Source: Candidatus Latescibacterota bacterium
Lineage (GTDB): Bacteria; Latescibacterota; UBA2968; SICM01
Direction: 5' to 3'
Assembly (NCBI GenBank): GCA_965217865.1
Contig: CBDCJO010000001.1
Coordinates: 512,001 to 576,000, forward strand
DNA: 64,000 nucleotides
Of this stretch, positions 19,397 through 30,037 are shown piece by piece. How positions within the stretch are numbered: the stretch's first letter is position 1; each line of letters starts with the position of its first letter. The position numbers and the translations under genes are program-made. The notes under the pieces were generated by a model. The model was not told where the DNA came from. It worked only from the letters and a program-made list of their open reading frames with translations, and did not search any database.

Positions 19397-20035
19397 TTAA
19401 GGGGCCATGGGTTCGGTGACTCTCGTCTCGGTACGCCTGTTCTTGGACCAGGCCATCTCGTCGTGACCGGGGTCCACAGGGCGCTCTTTTCCGTAGCTGA
19501 TCGTCCCCAGCCTTCCGGCGTCGATCCCAGCCTTCACAAGGAATTTCTGGTGGCTATCCGCCCGCCTCTGGCCAAGCGCCAGGTTATACTCGATCGTTCC
19601 ACGCTCGTCACAGTGTCCCTCGATCGTGACCTGGAACTCCGGGTTATCGTTCAATTTCTTCACGTGTTCGGCAAGCGTGGCTTTTTGGTCGTCTCGGATA
19701 TTGTGTCTATCGTAGTCGAAGTGGACTTCGGAAAAGGTCCTTCGTGCAATCTCTTTCGCCCTGGCATCTGCCTCGGCCTTGGCCTTTGCTTCGGCCTTGG
19801 CCTTTGCTTCGGCCTCGGCCCTTGCCCGGGCTTCTTCCTCGGCTTTGATTCGAGCAAGCGAATCGGCTGTCGCCTTTCGGGCCATTGCTTCAGCCTCCGC
19901 TTTGGCCCTCGCGTCGGCTTCCTCCTGCGCGCGAATGGCGGACTGATCCACACATCCGATGGCCAGGAGCGCCACGACTGCGGTCGAACAGGCCAGGTTC
20001 CGTTTGATGATTATCCTCATACCATCGAATTTCAT
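19397..20035 (-). CDS. pal: Peptidoglycan-associated lipoprotein Pal
   Basis: AIGC lipobox; [36 protein letters not shown]; AAGGAGG RBS. Confidence 0.95.
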   Translation of the reverse strand: MKFDGMRIIIKRNLACSTAVVALLAIGCVDQSAIRAQEEADARAKAEAEAMARKATADSLARIKAEEEARARAEAEAKAKAEAKAKAEADARAKEIARRTFSEVHFDYDRHNIRDDQKATLAEHVKKLNDNPEFQVTIEGHCDERGTIEYNLALGQRRADSHQKFLVKAGIDAGRLGTISYGKERPVDPGHDEMAWSKNRRTETRVTEPMAP

Positions 20036-20124
20036 GATTGCCTCCTTAACTGGAGTTGTGGATTGCTCACGCGAAAATGCCGACTCTCTTGAAGGATAAC
20101 CGGCCCCCGAATGAGCGCCCGGGT

Positions 20125-21480
20125 TCATTCCTGCTCCATCATTAACGCCGGAGACCAAGCCGGAGAAATCCCCGGGGTCAACCGTCGAACATTGGTGCCA
20201 TCCCAATTCATGACATAGATCTCCTCCCTCCCGTTCCGATCCGACCAGAAGACGATCTGTAACCCGTCCGGCGACCAGGACGGATCTTCATTGCTTCCCC
20301 CGGCGGTTAGCCTGAAAGGGGTTCCTCCTTCCACTTCCGTCACATAGACATCGAAACCTTCAAAACCCCGTCGGACGAAAGCGAGCTTCTTCCCGTCCGG
20401 CGACCACCGAGGAGACCCTTCATAGGCGTCCGGTTCCCAGGTCAACCTGCCAAGGTTCGATCCATCCCTGTCCATCATATAAATCTGCGGAATTCCCGAA
20501 CGATCAGAGGTGAAAGCAATCCTATCCCCCCCGGGGGACCACGCCGGTTCTGTGTCTGTTTCGGGATGATCCGTCAACCGGCGAAGCCTCCATCCCGATG
20601 TCGTGATCGTATAAAGATCGATGTTGTCCCCATCCTTGACCGAGAAAAGGATCTGACGCCCATCGGGCGACCACGCAGGAGAGATATTCAATACTGAAGA
20701 GGTACGAATCGGGGTCGTGAAACCCGTTAAGACATCGGCGATGAACAGCTCCCACCGGTCATGCTGGAGCGAAGAATACGCGATCTGTTTTCCATCGGGC
20801 GACCACTCGGGAGATAGGTTTACCGTACCGTCGTCGGTTACCTGACGAGCCCCGTGGCCATCGTAACCCATCACGAAGATCTCTTTGTCGCCGTTTCGCT
20901 TCGAAACGAATGCGATCTGCGACAAAGCCACGCCCCGTTGACCCAGCAGGCTGTATATGATATCGTCGTTTAATCGGTGCGCAACAGACCGCGCACGGTC
21001 CAGATCCACGACATAGGACTTTGCGATCAATAGTCTCCCGTCGGGGAGCCGGTAAAGCGTCGCGAAAAGCTCTGTATGGTCGAGCGTTCGGTGAACCTCA
21101 CCCCGGACCAGACCCCGGGCGCCCGCGGCGGACCAGATATCGAGCAAAGATCCGTGTCCCGTGCTGTCTACGATAGCGGAATCCGCAAGAACGTCGAACC
21201 TGCCGGAGTATCTGAGATCGTCCCTCAGTACGTTGAAGATGACATCCGCGACCTGAACCACCGTTGCATCCGTCGTGTCCCGAACAAATGTGGTGAGGCC
21301 AAGGGGGGTCTTCCGGATCCCCCCTTTTACACCGAGGTAAACCTCCGGATAAAACCGAACGGTATCCGACCGGACATCGGTCGGGGTGGGCTGGGCAGAC
21401 GCCTCTCCCACCGCTAGGATGATGGGAGAGAGAACGAGACAATATACGATCTGTTTAAAACGACGAGATCCGGAGACCAA
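20125..21480 (-). CDS. tolB: TolB
   Basis: [10 protein letters not shown]-terminal domain; PxWSPDG propeller repeats; start approximate. Confidence 0.92.
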   Translation of the reverse strand: MVSGSRRFKQIVYCLVLSPIILAVGEASAQPTPTDVRSDTVRFYPEVYLGVKGGIRKTPLGLTTFVRDTTDATVVQVADVIFNVLRDDLRYSGRFDVLADSAIVDSTGHGSLLDIWSAAGARGLVRGEVHRTLDHTELFATLYRLPDGRLLIAKSYVVDLDRARSVAHRLNDDIIYSLLGQRGVALSQIAFVSKRNGDKEIFVMGYDGHGARQVTDDGTVNLSPEWSPDGKQIAYSSLQHDRWELFIADVLTGFTTPIRTSSVLNISPAWSPDGRQILFSVKDGDNIDLYTITTSGWRLRRLTDHPETDTEPAWSPGGDRIAFTSDRSGIPQIYMMDRDGSNLGRLTWEPDAYEGSPRWSPDGKKLAFVRRGFEGFDVYVTEVEGGTPFRLTAGGSNEDPSWSPDGLQIVFWSDRNGREEIYVMNWDGTNVRRLTPGISPAWSPALMMEQE

Positions 21481-21487
21481 GGCGTCT

Positions 21488-22162
21488 TCAATTTTCAAAG
21501 TCGAAATGTACCCCAAGTTGGTCACTCTGATACCCATCGGGAAGAGGCGCCAGCGGCCCTGCCCAGGCTACAGCGTTGAAAGCCGCACGGTCGAACACCA
21601 GCACCCCAGATCCTGCTTCCACAAGAGATTCCGTGATCATCCCGTCCTTCCTGATCCTGAAAAAGACAGTCGCCTTCAGGATCCCTTGCTTTCCCACGAT
21701 CATGGGCTCTTCCCACCGCGACAAGATTCGAGACTTGACGTCTTTAATGTAATCGGGAAACGGGAAAGGCTCCCCCTCCAGCCTCATCCCCCCTCCACTT
21801 CCCCCAGGTCCCTGCCCGCCTCTACTCGGGCTCGCACCTTCTTTCCCGGGTCGCTGGCTCCAACGGCGGGCGGGCTTCTTCGTTCCCTTCGGGGCCGACG
21901 GTTCGTTGGACGGCGCCCGTTTTACCTTCAGGCCGGTTCTTACCCTTGGCCTCACCACTTCCGTTTGGGGGATGTTCAACGACTTCTCGCCTTCCCCGTG
22001 CGCCGCTCCGAGCCCACCCAGTCCCTGTGGGAAACCGACAAGCTCCACACCATACACCCTGACCGGTGGGCCGCTCTGCCTATTCCCCCTCTCAGACCCC
22101 CATACGACCCCGGCAACAGCGATAACGTGGATGATCATGGAGATCAAGACTGCGCTCTTCAT
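21488..22162 (-). CDS. tolA: TolA/TonB-family protein
   Basis: N-terminal SxxxH TM segment (SMIIH), G/P-rich linker, TonB_C-like SG...FDRAA. Confidence 0.75.
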   Translation of the reverse strand: MKSAVLISMIIHVIAVAGVVWGSERGNRQSGPPVRVYGVELVGFPQGLGGLGAAHGEGEKSLNIPQTEVVRPRVRTGLKVKRAPSNEPSAPKGTKKPARRWSQRPGKEGASPSRGGQGPGGSGGGMRLEGEPFPFPDYIKDVKSRILSRWEEPMIVGKQGILKATVFFRIRKDGMITESLVEAGSGVLVFDRAAFNAVAWAGPLAPLPDGYQSDQLGVHFDFEN

Positions 22163-22587
22163 GGCCGCCCAACCCCCTCGACGATCTCTTCGACCAGCCC
22201 CAACCGGGTGACACCCGATGCCTTGATCCTCCCGACGATCTCCACCACCTTCCCGTAGGGAACCTCTTCATCCGCGCGGAGGAAAACAGGACGATCCCCG
22301 ATCCGGGCCCGTGCCGCCTCGAAGCGTTTTTGAAAATTGGCGAACGATACGCGCTCCCTATCGATCTGCACCTTCAGGTCGCGGGTGATCGTGACAACCA
22401 CGCCTTCCTGAACCTCCGCCTGACCGATCGTCGACTTCGGAAGGTTCACCCCAAGCCATTCCATCATCGCCGGGACAGTCACCATGAAAATGATCAGGAG
22501 AACCAGCATGACGTCCACGAACGGCGTCACATTGATATCCGAGAGGACCGACCTCCGGGACCCCGACCTCAGACGCTGAACGTTCAC
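22159..22587 (-). CDS. tolR: TolR/ExbD
   Basis: INVTPFVDVMLVLLIIFMV, LRADEEVPYG. Confidence 0.92.
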   Translation of the reverse strand: MNVQRLRSGSRRSVLSDINVTPFVDVMLVLLIIFMVTVPAMMEWLGVNLPKSTIGQAEVQEGVVVTITRDLKVQIDRERVSFANFQKRFEAARARIGDRPVFLRADEEVPYGKVVEIVGRIKASGVTRLGLVEEIVEGVGRP

Positions 22588-23285
22588 GTTCTTCCCCGGA
22601 CCGGTACGGTGGCCACGAACTCCACGGCGAACTGCTCCACCTCGCGCTGGATGGCTTCAACCCGTCCGAGAAAATAGTTATACGCGATCACCGCCGGAAC
22701 CGCGGCCGCGAGGCCGGCAGCCGTCGCGATCAGCGCTTCCGCGATTCCAGGAGCCACGACCGCAAGATTCGCCGAACCCCGTAGGCCGATGTTCAAGAAA
22801 GAGGTCATGATCCCCCACACCGTTCCGAATAACCCGATGAAAGGGCTGATGTTTCCAACTGTGGCCAGGAAGGGCAGATGCCTTTCCAGGGATACCATTC
22901 GCCCGGTAGCGGCGACATCCAGGGTCCTCCGAAGGTCCTCCCGATCTCCGGACCATCCTCCGCCCCCCTCTCCGTAGACCAACTCGTAGCCCGTTCGAAA
23001 GATTCCGCATAACGGGGACCGATTCAAAATCCGGCTCATCTTGTATATATCGGAAACTTGGGCCCTGGATCGAAAAAGCCGCAACAACCTCGACGACTCG
23101 TGCTGAATTCGCCTTAGATCGACCAGTTTTCGACCGATGATCCCCCAGGAGACCACCGAGAAGAAAAATAAAACAAGCAAAACCCCTTTGACAACCGGTC
23201 CCGCTTCCCCGACCAGCCCAATTGCGCCCTGGGACAACCCGGTTCCAAGCATAGGCAAAAAGGTGAAGTCGCGTTTAGGCGACAA
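22584..23285 (-). CDS. tolQ: TolQ/ExbB
   Basis: SPFIGLFGTVWGIM, VAPGIAEALIATAAGL; start may be ATG 23252. Confidence 0.92.
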   Translation of the reverse strand: MSPKRDFTFLPMLGTGLSQGAIGLVGEAGPVVKGVLLVLFFFSVVSWGIIGRKLVDLRRIQHESSRLLRLFRSRAQVSDIYKMSRILNRSPLCGIFRTGYELVYGEGGGGWSGDREDLRRTLDVAATGRMVSLERHLPFLATVGNISPFIGLFGTVWGIMTSFLNIGLRGSANLAVVAPGIAEALIATAAGLAAAVPAVIAYNYFLGRVEAIQREVEQFAVEFVATVPVRGRT

Positions 23286-23343
23286 AAGCTGGGGTCAAAG
23301 GCCGTAATCGGCACGGCTGCTGATGGCGAACGACATAAAGGGT

Positions 23344-25795
23344 TCAGAACTGAAATTTGGATTCCGATTTCGGGTTTTGGCGGGCCGCCCCTGGCTTCCC
23401 CGCAAACCTGTCCCGGAAATGCCCTTGGTCGGTCCGTTGACCGTCCCCCCCAGGAGATGACCGCCATCCGTCCCCAGCGATCGGGGACCCGGGGAAACGC
23501 TCCGTACCCGCCCTAAACGCCACAGGTTCCCCCCCGCGCTCGTCCGACAAGATTTCGCCCCGGGTGCTCAGATAGTTAAAGGCGATTCCTTCCGGGACCT
23601 CAAATTCCCGAGAGGGTTTGTCGAAAAGGGCCCCCTTCATAAAATCCAACCAGATAGGGGCGGCCACATATCCCCCGGTAAACTTCTCTACCCATGGGTC
23701 TGCGATCATCGTAGCCCACCCACGTGCCGGCCACGAGTTCCGGGGTATAGCCGACGAACCAGACATCTGTAAGGCCGTTTGTCCCGGTCTTCCCCGCGGT
23801 TGGCCGACCGAGTTCCTTGACCCTTCTGGCCGTACCCCTTTCCACTACCGCTTGGAGCATGTTGGTCATGATGTAAGCGGTCTGGGGGGAGATGGCGTAT
23901 TCTTCATCCGGTGTTTCGGCTTGCCCGTTCGACGAACCGGTCTCCCTTCCCCTTTCGTGCCATTTGCCAGGACGGTTGACAAATCGGTTGTCTTCGAGCA
24001 CCCGCCCCTTTCGATCCCGGATCATCGTGATGAAAACGGGCTCCACTTTCCGGCCGGCGGCGGCAAAAACCGTGTAGGCCTTCGTCAACTCCAGTAAGGA
24101 GATCCCCGAAGAACCCAGGGCAATCGAGGGGTTCGGTCCTAAGGGGGTCGTGATTCCAAGCCTTCTTGCCCGCTCGACAACAGCCTGAGGCCCAAGACGA
24201 TCCGTCAACCGAACCGATACGGAGTTCAGAGATTTTGCCAAGGCGCTCCTGAGGGTCTGCGGCCCCATGAACTTTCCCTTGAAGTTCCTCGGGGTCCAAT
24301 CCTTTATCGTTATCGGAGCATCTACAACCACCGTCATTTGGGTATAGTCGAGGGAATCCATGGCAACCGAATAGATGATCGGCTTAAAGGCCGAACCCGG
24401 TTGTCTTCGGGCTTGGATGGCCCGGTCGAATTGGCTCCTGCTGTAGTCATACCCTCCGACCAGCGAGCGCACGTATCCGTTCGAAGGGTCGATGGCCACC
24501 AGGGCTCCCTGAATCAGCGGATCCTGATCCAGGGAGACGCGATAGATGCCTCCTTCGCGCCCCACGACTCGGACGTCAACAATATCACCGGGCCCCAGGC
24601 CCCTCCGAAGGCTGCGCTCTGTGGCCACCCCTTCGTTCCCGAGCGTCCGACTTGCCCATTTGGATTCATCCTCATCCAGGATGGCCCTTAAAGACCCGAT
24701 ACGGAGCCGAACCCGGTTTCCAACCTTTGATACCACCGCCTGATATTTCTCCCCCTCATCGAGCTTGATACTCTGGCCTCGGGAGGAACCGCCGGCTTTG
24801 GCGCTCCGAATCTCCTCGGCTTGCTTCTGCAGGAACGATTTCACCTGCCGCGGACTCAGAAATCCGATTCTCCCTCGGAATCCCATGTCCTGATCGAGAC
24901 CTCGCAAGCCCCCCTGGATGGCTTGATTTGCCGCCATCTGAATCTGCAGGTCCAAACCTGTGTAGATCTTTAGGCCATCCCGGTAGATCGACTCGGATCC
25001 ATAATTCGATCTGACGTTTTTTCTGACTTGTTCGACAAAATAAGAAGCGACCTTGTGATTTCGATCCTCCCAGGGATCGATCTGAATATCCTGTTTAGCA
25101 GCCCGTTTGGCTTGACGAAGGGTTATAAACCCCTCCTTGAACATCCTCTGGAGGGTGTAGACCTGCCTTTGTTTGGCTCCCCGGAAATTGGTAATCGGGG
25201 AATAATGGGACGGGGCCTTCGGCAAACCCGCCAGCATAGCAGCCTCGGCCAGTCCCAACTCGTTGACGTGCCGTCCGAAATAGTTTTGAGCGGCGGCCTC
25301 AACGCCGTATGCCCCGTGTCCAAAGTAGATCTGGTTGAGATAGAGGTGGAGGATCTGTCCTTTGTTCAATTCCCGTTCGATCCGATAGGCCAGGATCGCC
25401 TCTCGGATCTTTCGGCTGTAGGATATCTCACGGTCCAGAAAAAATTCCCGGGCGATCTGCTGGGTTATGGTGCTCCCCCCTTGGGGACGCTTGCGTGGCT
25501 CGAGATTCTTCAGGAAGGCCTTTGCAATACGCAGAAAATCCACGCCGCTGTGTTCAAAGAATCGCCCATCCTCCGCCGCAACGAAAGCCTTTTTAACCAC
25601 CCTCGGAATGGAGTCCAGGGGAACGACCACTCGCCTTTGAATATAAAATTCTCCGATTACCGTTCCGTCCGCAGCATAAACCTGGCTCAATACACTGGGA
25701 TCATAGTCTTGGATGGCCGTTAGATCCGCGGGGAGCTGCCGATTATAATAGCGGTAAGTCCCCCGCTGCCTGATTTTCGGAAAAAAATACGGCAA
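23344..25795 (-). pseudogene. mrcA: PBP1A (class A PBP), frameshifted near 23689 and lacking the N-terminal TM anchor
   Basis: GT motifs EDGRF and GGSTITQQ; TP motifs SAFK, SLN, KTG; the C-terminal TGG..AAPIW segment is in another frame (ORF 23344..23766). Confidence 0.8.
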
Positions 25796-25834
25796 CCAAA
25801 CACGGGAAATGCGCTCCTCCTGCCTTCAAATTAA

Positions 25835-25864
25835 TAACTTACGACATTAAACGATCCTTGTCAA
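25835..25864 (-). promoter_or_regulatory. Sigma70 promoter for PBP1A and possibly the tol-pal cluster
   Basis: TTGACA-17-TAAGTT followed by AGGAGG. Confidence 0.65.
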
Positions 25865-26016
25865 GTACGAAGTGAAGGAGGTGAAAACCACGACAGAGGT
25901 TCATTCCGGATTTGGTCCGCGGGAGCCCGGGGTCCCCTTTTTCGGGGGTTTCAGATCTTGTGGGGGCGGGCTTGGATCACGAAACCTCCCGGGTTAATAC
26001 AGTTTAAGATCAAAGA

Positions 26017-26065
26017 TAAAGGAGGCGACTCTCAGTCAAATTCCCTGAGAACCTCCTCCTTTAGC
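26017..26065 (-). terminator. Hairpin downstream of the sigma factor gene
   Basis: TAAAGGAGG...CCTCCTTTA stem with an inner CTCAG/CTGAG pair. Confidence 0.5.
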
Positions 26066-26104
26066 CCAAATCGACAACACGCTTAAAACACACGGAGATC
26101 GGAT

Positions 26105-26977
26105 CTATATCTCTTCCGAATATGGGATCAACTTCTTACCGCGGGTGGGATGCCTTAACTTTCGCAAGGCCTTTTCTTTGATCTGCCGCACGCGTTCTCG
26201 GGTAAGACCGAACTTGACCCCGATCTCCTCCAGGGTCATCTCGTTCGCCCCTCCCAAACCGAAATAGAGACGGACCACCTCGGCCTCCCGATCTTCGAGC
26301 GTTCCCAGGGCGACATCTATCTCCTCCTCAAGGGAATTCCGCATCAAAAGCGCGTCGGGCGGTTCCTGGCGGCTATCCGCCATAATCTCCATAAGACTGT
26401 TTTCATCGTTGTCGTCGAAGGTCGCGTCGAGGGACAAGATCCGCTGCCCGCTGGCAAGCGTTTCCGCAACCTGGTCGACAGAGATGCCCAACTCCTCTGC
26501 AATCTCCTCTTCTGCCGGTCGCCGGGAAGTCTCCTGCTGTTTGTCGGTGGAAAACCTTGAGATTCGACGGAGCAGATCAACCCTGTTCAGGGGCAGGCGT
26601 ACGACCCGAGAATGTTCTGCGAGTGTCTGGAGAACGGCCTGTCGGATCCACCAGACCGCATAAGATATGAATTTGAACCCTTTCGTCTCGTCAAACCGCT
26701 CCGCCGCTGTGATTAACCCGACGTTTCCCGCGCTGATGAGGTCCGCCAAGGGGACCCCCTGATTCTGATACTCACGTGCCACGCTGATGACAAAACGGAG
26801 GTTTGCCTCGACGAGTTTCGTTCGAGCCTGGAGATCCCCCAATTTGATTCTCTGAGCGAGTTCGACTTCCTCTTTGGATGAAAGGGGCTGCGATGCCGCA
26901 ACATCCTCCAGATATCGTTGCAGAGAATCCTTCACATCATCATAGGCACTGTGTAAACTCTGGTTCAAATCGATCAC
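26105..26977 (-). CDS. RNA polymerase sigma factor, RpoD/SigA-like short form (no region 1.1)
   Basis: ANLRFVISVA, GFKFISYAVWWIRQ, TRERVRQIKEKALRKL. Confidence 0.95.
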   Translation of the reverse strand: MIDLNQSLHSAYDDVKDSLQRYLEDVAASQPLSSKEEVELAQRIKLGDLQARTKLVEANLRFVISVAREYQNQGVPLADLISAGNVGLITAAERFDETKGFKFISYAVWWIRQAVLQTLAEHSRVVRLPLNRVDLLRRISRFSTDKQQETSRRPAEEEIAEELGISVDQVAETLASGQRILSLDATFDDNDENSLMEIMADSRQEPPDALLMRNSLEEEIDVALGTLEDREAEVVRLYFGLGGANEMTLEEIGVKFGLTRERVRQIKEKALRKLRHPTRGKKLIPYSEEI

Positions 26978-27042
26978 CTCTATAAAGTTATGGAGAATAT
27001 GGTAGAGAATCCTGGATAACGTCGGACAGGAACCCTGAAACC

Positions 27043-27071
27043 TATATATAAGCCTGTTTAGAATTTGTCAA
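27043..27071 (-). promoter_or_regulatory. Sigma70 promoter for the sigma factor gene
   Basis: TTGACA-17-TATATA. Confidence 0.55.
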
Positions 27072-27224
27072 GTTTATTTTAAATTCAGACTGGAGGGAGG
27101 ATTTTGAGCGATTATATTCAATCTTTTAGTATGTATATCGACCGTGGGTGGACTAATATCGACAATTCTTTACAAATTGTCAAATTAGCGGCACGTCAGA
27201 TTCTGTTGGTCGGTTACCCGCAAA

Positions 27225-27253
27225 TTGACATTCATTCCTCTTTTTATTAATTT
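27225..27253 (+). promoter_or_regulatory. Sigma70 promoter
   Basis: TTGACA-17-TAATTT. Confidence 0.6.
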
Positions 27254-27309
27254 CACCGTGTCGACCCACCCCGGAACCGACGCCTGTCCCCAAAACCCTG
27301 ACCTCCGAT

Positions 27310-27585
27310 ATGGCCCCGACCCTATTTTTTGTCCTCATCATTGCTTTGTTCGTTTTCGCGGCTGCTTTGCTATACGGCAGGTCGACCCCCGTGAACACAC
27401 CCGAGGCATTCATCGAAGATCGGCTATCTAAATTTATATCAACCGAATTGATCGATGACGTAACGACATATGCGAATCGAACGAACCGGTCCATTCAAGA
27501 TGTTGTCGACCAGGCCTTGAGGGAATTCCTGAATCAGAGAAATCGACTTGAAGGCAACGATCCGATCAGGAACCCTCGGGTGTAG
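27310..27585 (+). CDS. Small membrane-anchored protein with a ribbon-helix-helix-like C-terminus
   Basis: N-terminal TM helix; ISTELIDDV..YA...NRSIQDVVDQALREFL matches the RHH pattern. Confidence 0.6.
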   Translation: MAPTLFFVLIIALFVFAAALLYGRSTPVNTPEAFIEDRLSKFISTELIDDVTTYANRTNRSIQDVVDQALREFLNQRNRLEGNDPIRNPRV

Positions 27586-27754
27586 CCGGCTCAAGATCCT
27601 CCTGGATGGACTCTCCATAGAAATGATCCCATTCACAATCGCACCAGTTCTCGCTTCCGCAGACGATACACGGGGTTTCCGGCGATTTTAATTGTGCGGG
27701 CTTAAGCCTGGCAGGCGACCTCCGACCTTCTTTCCTGCCTCTCTCCTTCGTCAT
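27566..27754 (-). CDS. 62-aa Cys-rich microprotein (CxxC-x5-CxC)
   Basis: AGGAG RBS and its own consensus promoter; CIVCGSENWCDC. Confidence 0.6.
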   Translation of the reverse strand: MTKERGRKEGRRSPARLKPAQLKSPETPCIVCGSENWCDCEWDHFYGESIQEDLEPATPEGS

Positions 27755-27808
27755 TTTTCTCTCCTTTTTTTTTAAAAAAAGCCTCTCTCTCTTTCCCGAA
27801 GACCGTTC

Positions 27809-27837
27809 AATATAGGATCTAATACTCAGATTGTCAA
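27809..27837 (-). promoter_or_regulatory. Sigma70 promoter
   Basis: TTGACA-17-TATATT. Confidence 0.7.
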
Positions 27838-27914
27838 GGACCTGCCTGTCGCTGCCATCTGGTGGTGGAAGATCTTTCGGAGGGCGTGGTGGGATGGAAA
27901 TTCCTGACCGTATT

Positions 27915-30026
27915 TCACGTTCGATCAGCCATCCCTTCCATACGCTTCCTGTCATCTCTAGACGCCGAACGACGTCCGATGAACACCTCTGCAATCATCA
28001 GTGCAAGGGCAGCCCCCAGAAATATCCCCCGGAGTTCTTGGCCGGAACGCTTTTTCTTCACCAGAACCGGGAGGTTCTCATCCGGTTCGACAATATGCAG
28101 CCGCCCCTTTCCGAAAATACGTCTCAAGCGGTCGTGAGAAATAGGCGAGAGATCCGATCCGGTCTCCGCGTCTATGGCAGAAACGAAATTGTCCGAAACA
28201 CGATCCTCGGACCGTACTTCCCATACGCCGGGGAGTTCCAGGGGGCCGATTCTGAAAACCGGACCTTTTTCAGAACCCTCTGCGCGAACGACTTGAGATA
28301 AACCGTCGGGGGAGATGATGTCGGCAGTCGCCCCGTCGTTCAAGACGGGTCGCTCCGCGGTCTGACCCACGTGATATGCCTCGAACATCGGAGGATGGGC
28401 AACTGCATATTGTGCGATTCTGTGGAGCAGGGGGACGAACAGGCCGCGTAAGGGCAGGTCGCTCCATTCCAGATCCACCGCACTGGTAAACAGGATCACC
28501 CTCCCCTTGCCCAGTCGGGCCTCCAGCATGGCTGCACCCCCATCGCCATAGGAGGCAATCGTTTGAACCCGGTCAATCTTTGCACGGGCAACATCGAAGG
28601 AGGCGAAGAACCTCGGGGCTTGGAACGCCTTCGGGAGCAGTTCACGAAACAGAGGATGCCCTCTCTTCATCTCCCCCAGGCCGCGGTAGGCCCGACCGGT
28701 TCCCTTTGTTCGCCGGCGGGCGACAAGCTTGATGGGGAGCAGATGTGGAAGAACCCGTTCGTTGTAATAATTCAAATCGATCTTGCCGCCAAGAAAGATC
28801 AATGCACCCCCGCCTCGTCGAACGCGATCTCGAACAAGGGCAATTTGGCCGGGCGACGGCCGTGTCACATCGGAGAAGACGATCAGTTCGCTCTGAACGA
28901 TATCGGTGGCCAGAAGCCTATCTTGGGTCGTGGATTTTGCCTTCACAAGCCGGGAATCTTCCCCAAGGGAGAACGCACGCTGGAGGTAATAGGTGTCCTT
29001 CCCGGAACCTCCGATCAGGATGGCTTCGATTTTATCTGGAACGTCAACCACGACATACCGGGTATTGTCGACAGGAAGGGGATCGTCCCCAGCCTCTGCA
29101 AACCCGACCGTCTTTCCGCTCCGATCGGGCGAAACCTGAAAGACAATCCCCTTTCGCTCCCCCGCCTTTAGGTCGATGACCGTCTGGCCGACCCGCTTCC
29201 CGTCGAACCAGAACCGGACCGGGATGTCCCGTTTCGGGACCTCCCCCGTATTTGAAATCTCGATATCGATGGCTATCGGGGAGCCGATCATGACGATCTG
29301 ATTCGATGCCGACAACCTCGTTACCGCAAGGTTTTCGACCGCCCCGGGACGCTCCGGGACTACGTAAACCGCCACATCCTTGAACGATGCGAGAGAGTCC
29401 CCCAAACCCGACCATCCAACCCGAGCGAGGTTGGTAAATAAAAAGACCTCCTTTTGATGCTCCTTCGAAGCGCTTAAAAATTCTACGATTCGCTTCAGGA
29501 GGTTTCCGATTCTTGGGATGCGGTTTGTCACCTCAAGGGATGTGAGCTGCTCCCGGAGATCACCGGGGCTCGTCGGGTTAAACGACCGCGGATGGTCGGA
29601 AAAAGGAATAAGTTCTACGTTGTCCCGCTCATCGAACAGACTCAAAGCCCCTTCAACCCGTGTTTTCGCCCGGTCGAAAAGCCTTCCCGTCGGCGTACGA
29701 TAGCCCATCCCGTAGGACTGGTCGAGCGCCAGGGCAGCGGAGGTGCGAAGACGGGCCCCGAACGGAGACCCGGTGGGCTCTCGCAAAACCGGTCTGGCGA
29801 ATCCTAAAACGAGGGCCAACACGACAAGCGTTCGAAGAATCAGCAGAAGCACCTGCCTGATCCTGACCCTTCGCATCCTGTCCTGCTGGAGCTGCCGGAG
29901 AAGGGCGACATTGCTGAACTGAACCGTCGTTGCCCGCCGACGATTAAACAGGTGGATAAGAAGGGGAAGGATTGCCGCCCCGAGGCCATAGAGTAACGCA
30001 GGGTTGAAAAAGCTCATAGGATACAC
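27915..30026 (-). CDS. BatA domain / vWA / Ig-like membrane protein
   Basis: FFNP..L.GL.A..LPLLIHLFNRR...LLL.LR....ARP N-terminus; DQSYGM vWA-like motif; C-terminal TM ending AE. Confidence 0.85.
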   Translation of the reverse strand: MYPMSFFNPALLYGLGAAILPLLIHLFNRRRATTVQFSNVALLRQLQQDRMRRVRIRQVLLLILRTLVVLALVLGFARPVLREPTGSPFGARLRTSAALALDQSYGMGYRTPTGRLFDRAKTRVEGALSLFDERDNVELIPFSDHPRSFNPTSPGDLREQLTSLEVTNRIPRIGNLLKRIVEFLSASKEHQKEVFLFTNLARVGWSGLGDSLASFKDVAVYVVPERPGAVENLAVTRLSASNQIVMIGSPIAIDIEISNTGEVPKRDIPVRFWFDGKRVGQTVIDLKAGERKGIVFQVSPDRSGKTVGFAEAGDDPLPVDNTRYVVVDVPDKIEAILIGGSGKDTYYLQRAFSLGEDSRLVKAKSTTQDRLLATDIVQSELIVFSDVTRPSPGQIALVRDRVRRGGGALIFLGGKIDLNYYNERVLPHLLPIKLVARRRTKGTGRAYRGLGEMKRGHPLFRELLPKAFQAPRFFASFDVARAKIDRVQTIASYGDGGAAMLEARLGKGRVILFTSAVDLEWSDLPLRGLFVPLLHRIAQYAVAHPPMFEAYHVGQTAERPVLNDGATADIISPDGLSQVVRAEGSEKGPVFRIGPLELPGVWEVRSEDRVSDNFVSAIDAETGSDLSPISHDRLRRIFGKGRLHIVEPDENLPVLVKKKRSGQELRGIFLGAALALMIAEVFIGRRSASRDDRKRMEGMADRT

Positions 30027-30037
30027 CGATCAACCAC

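Noticed and set aside
23670-23705. Programmed frameshift in PBP1A
   Set aside because: No slippery heptamer at the inferred site; mutation or sequencing error is simpler
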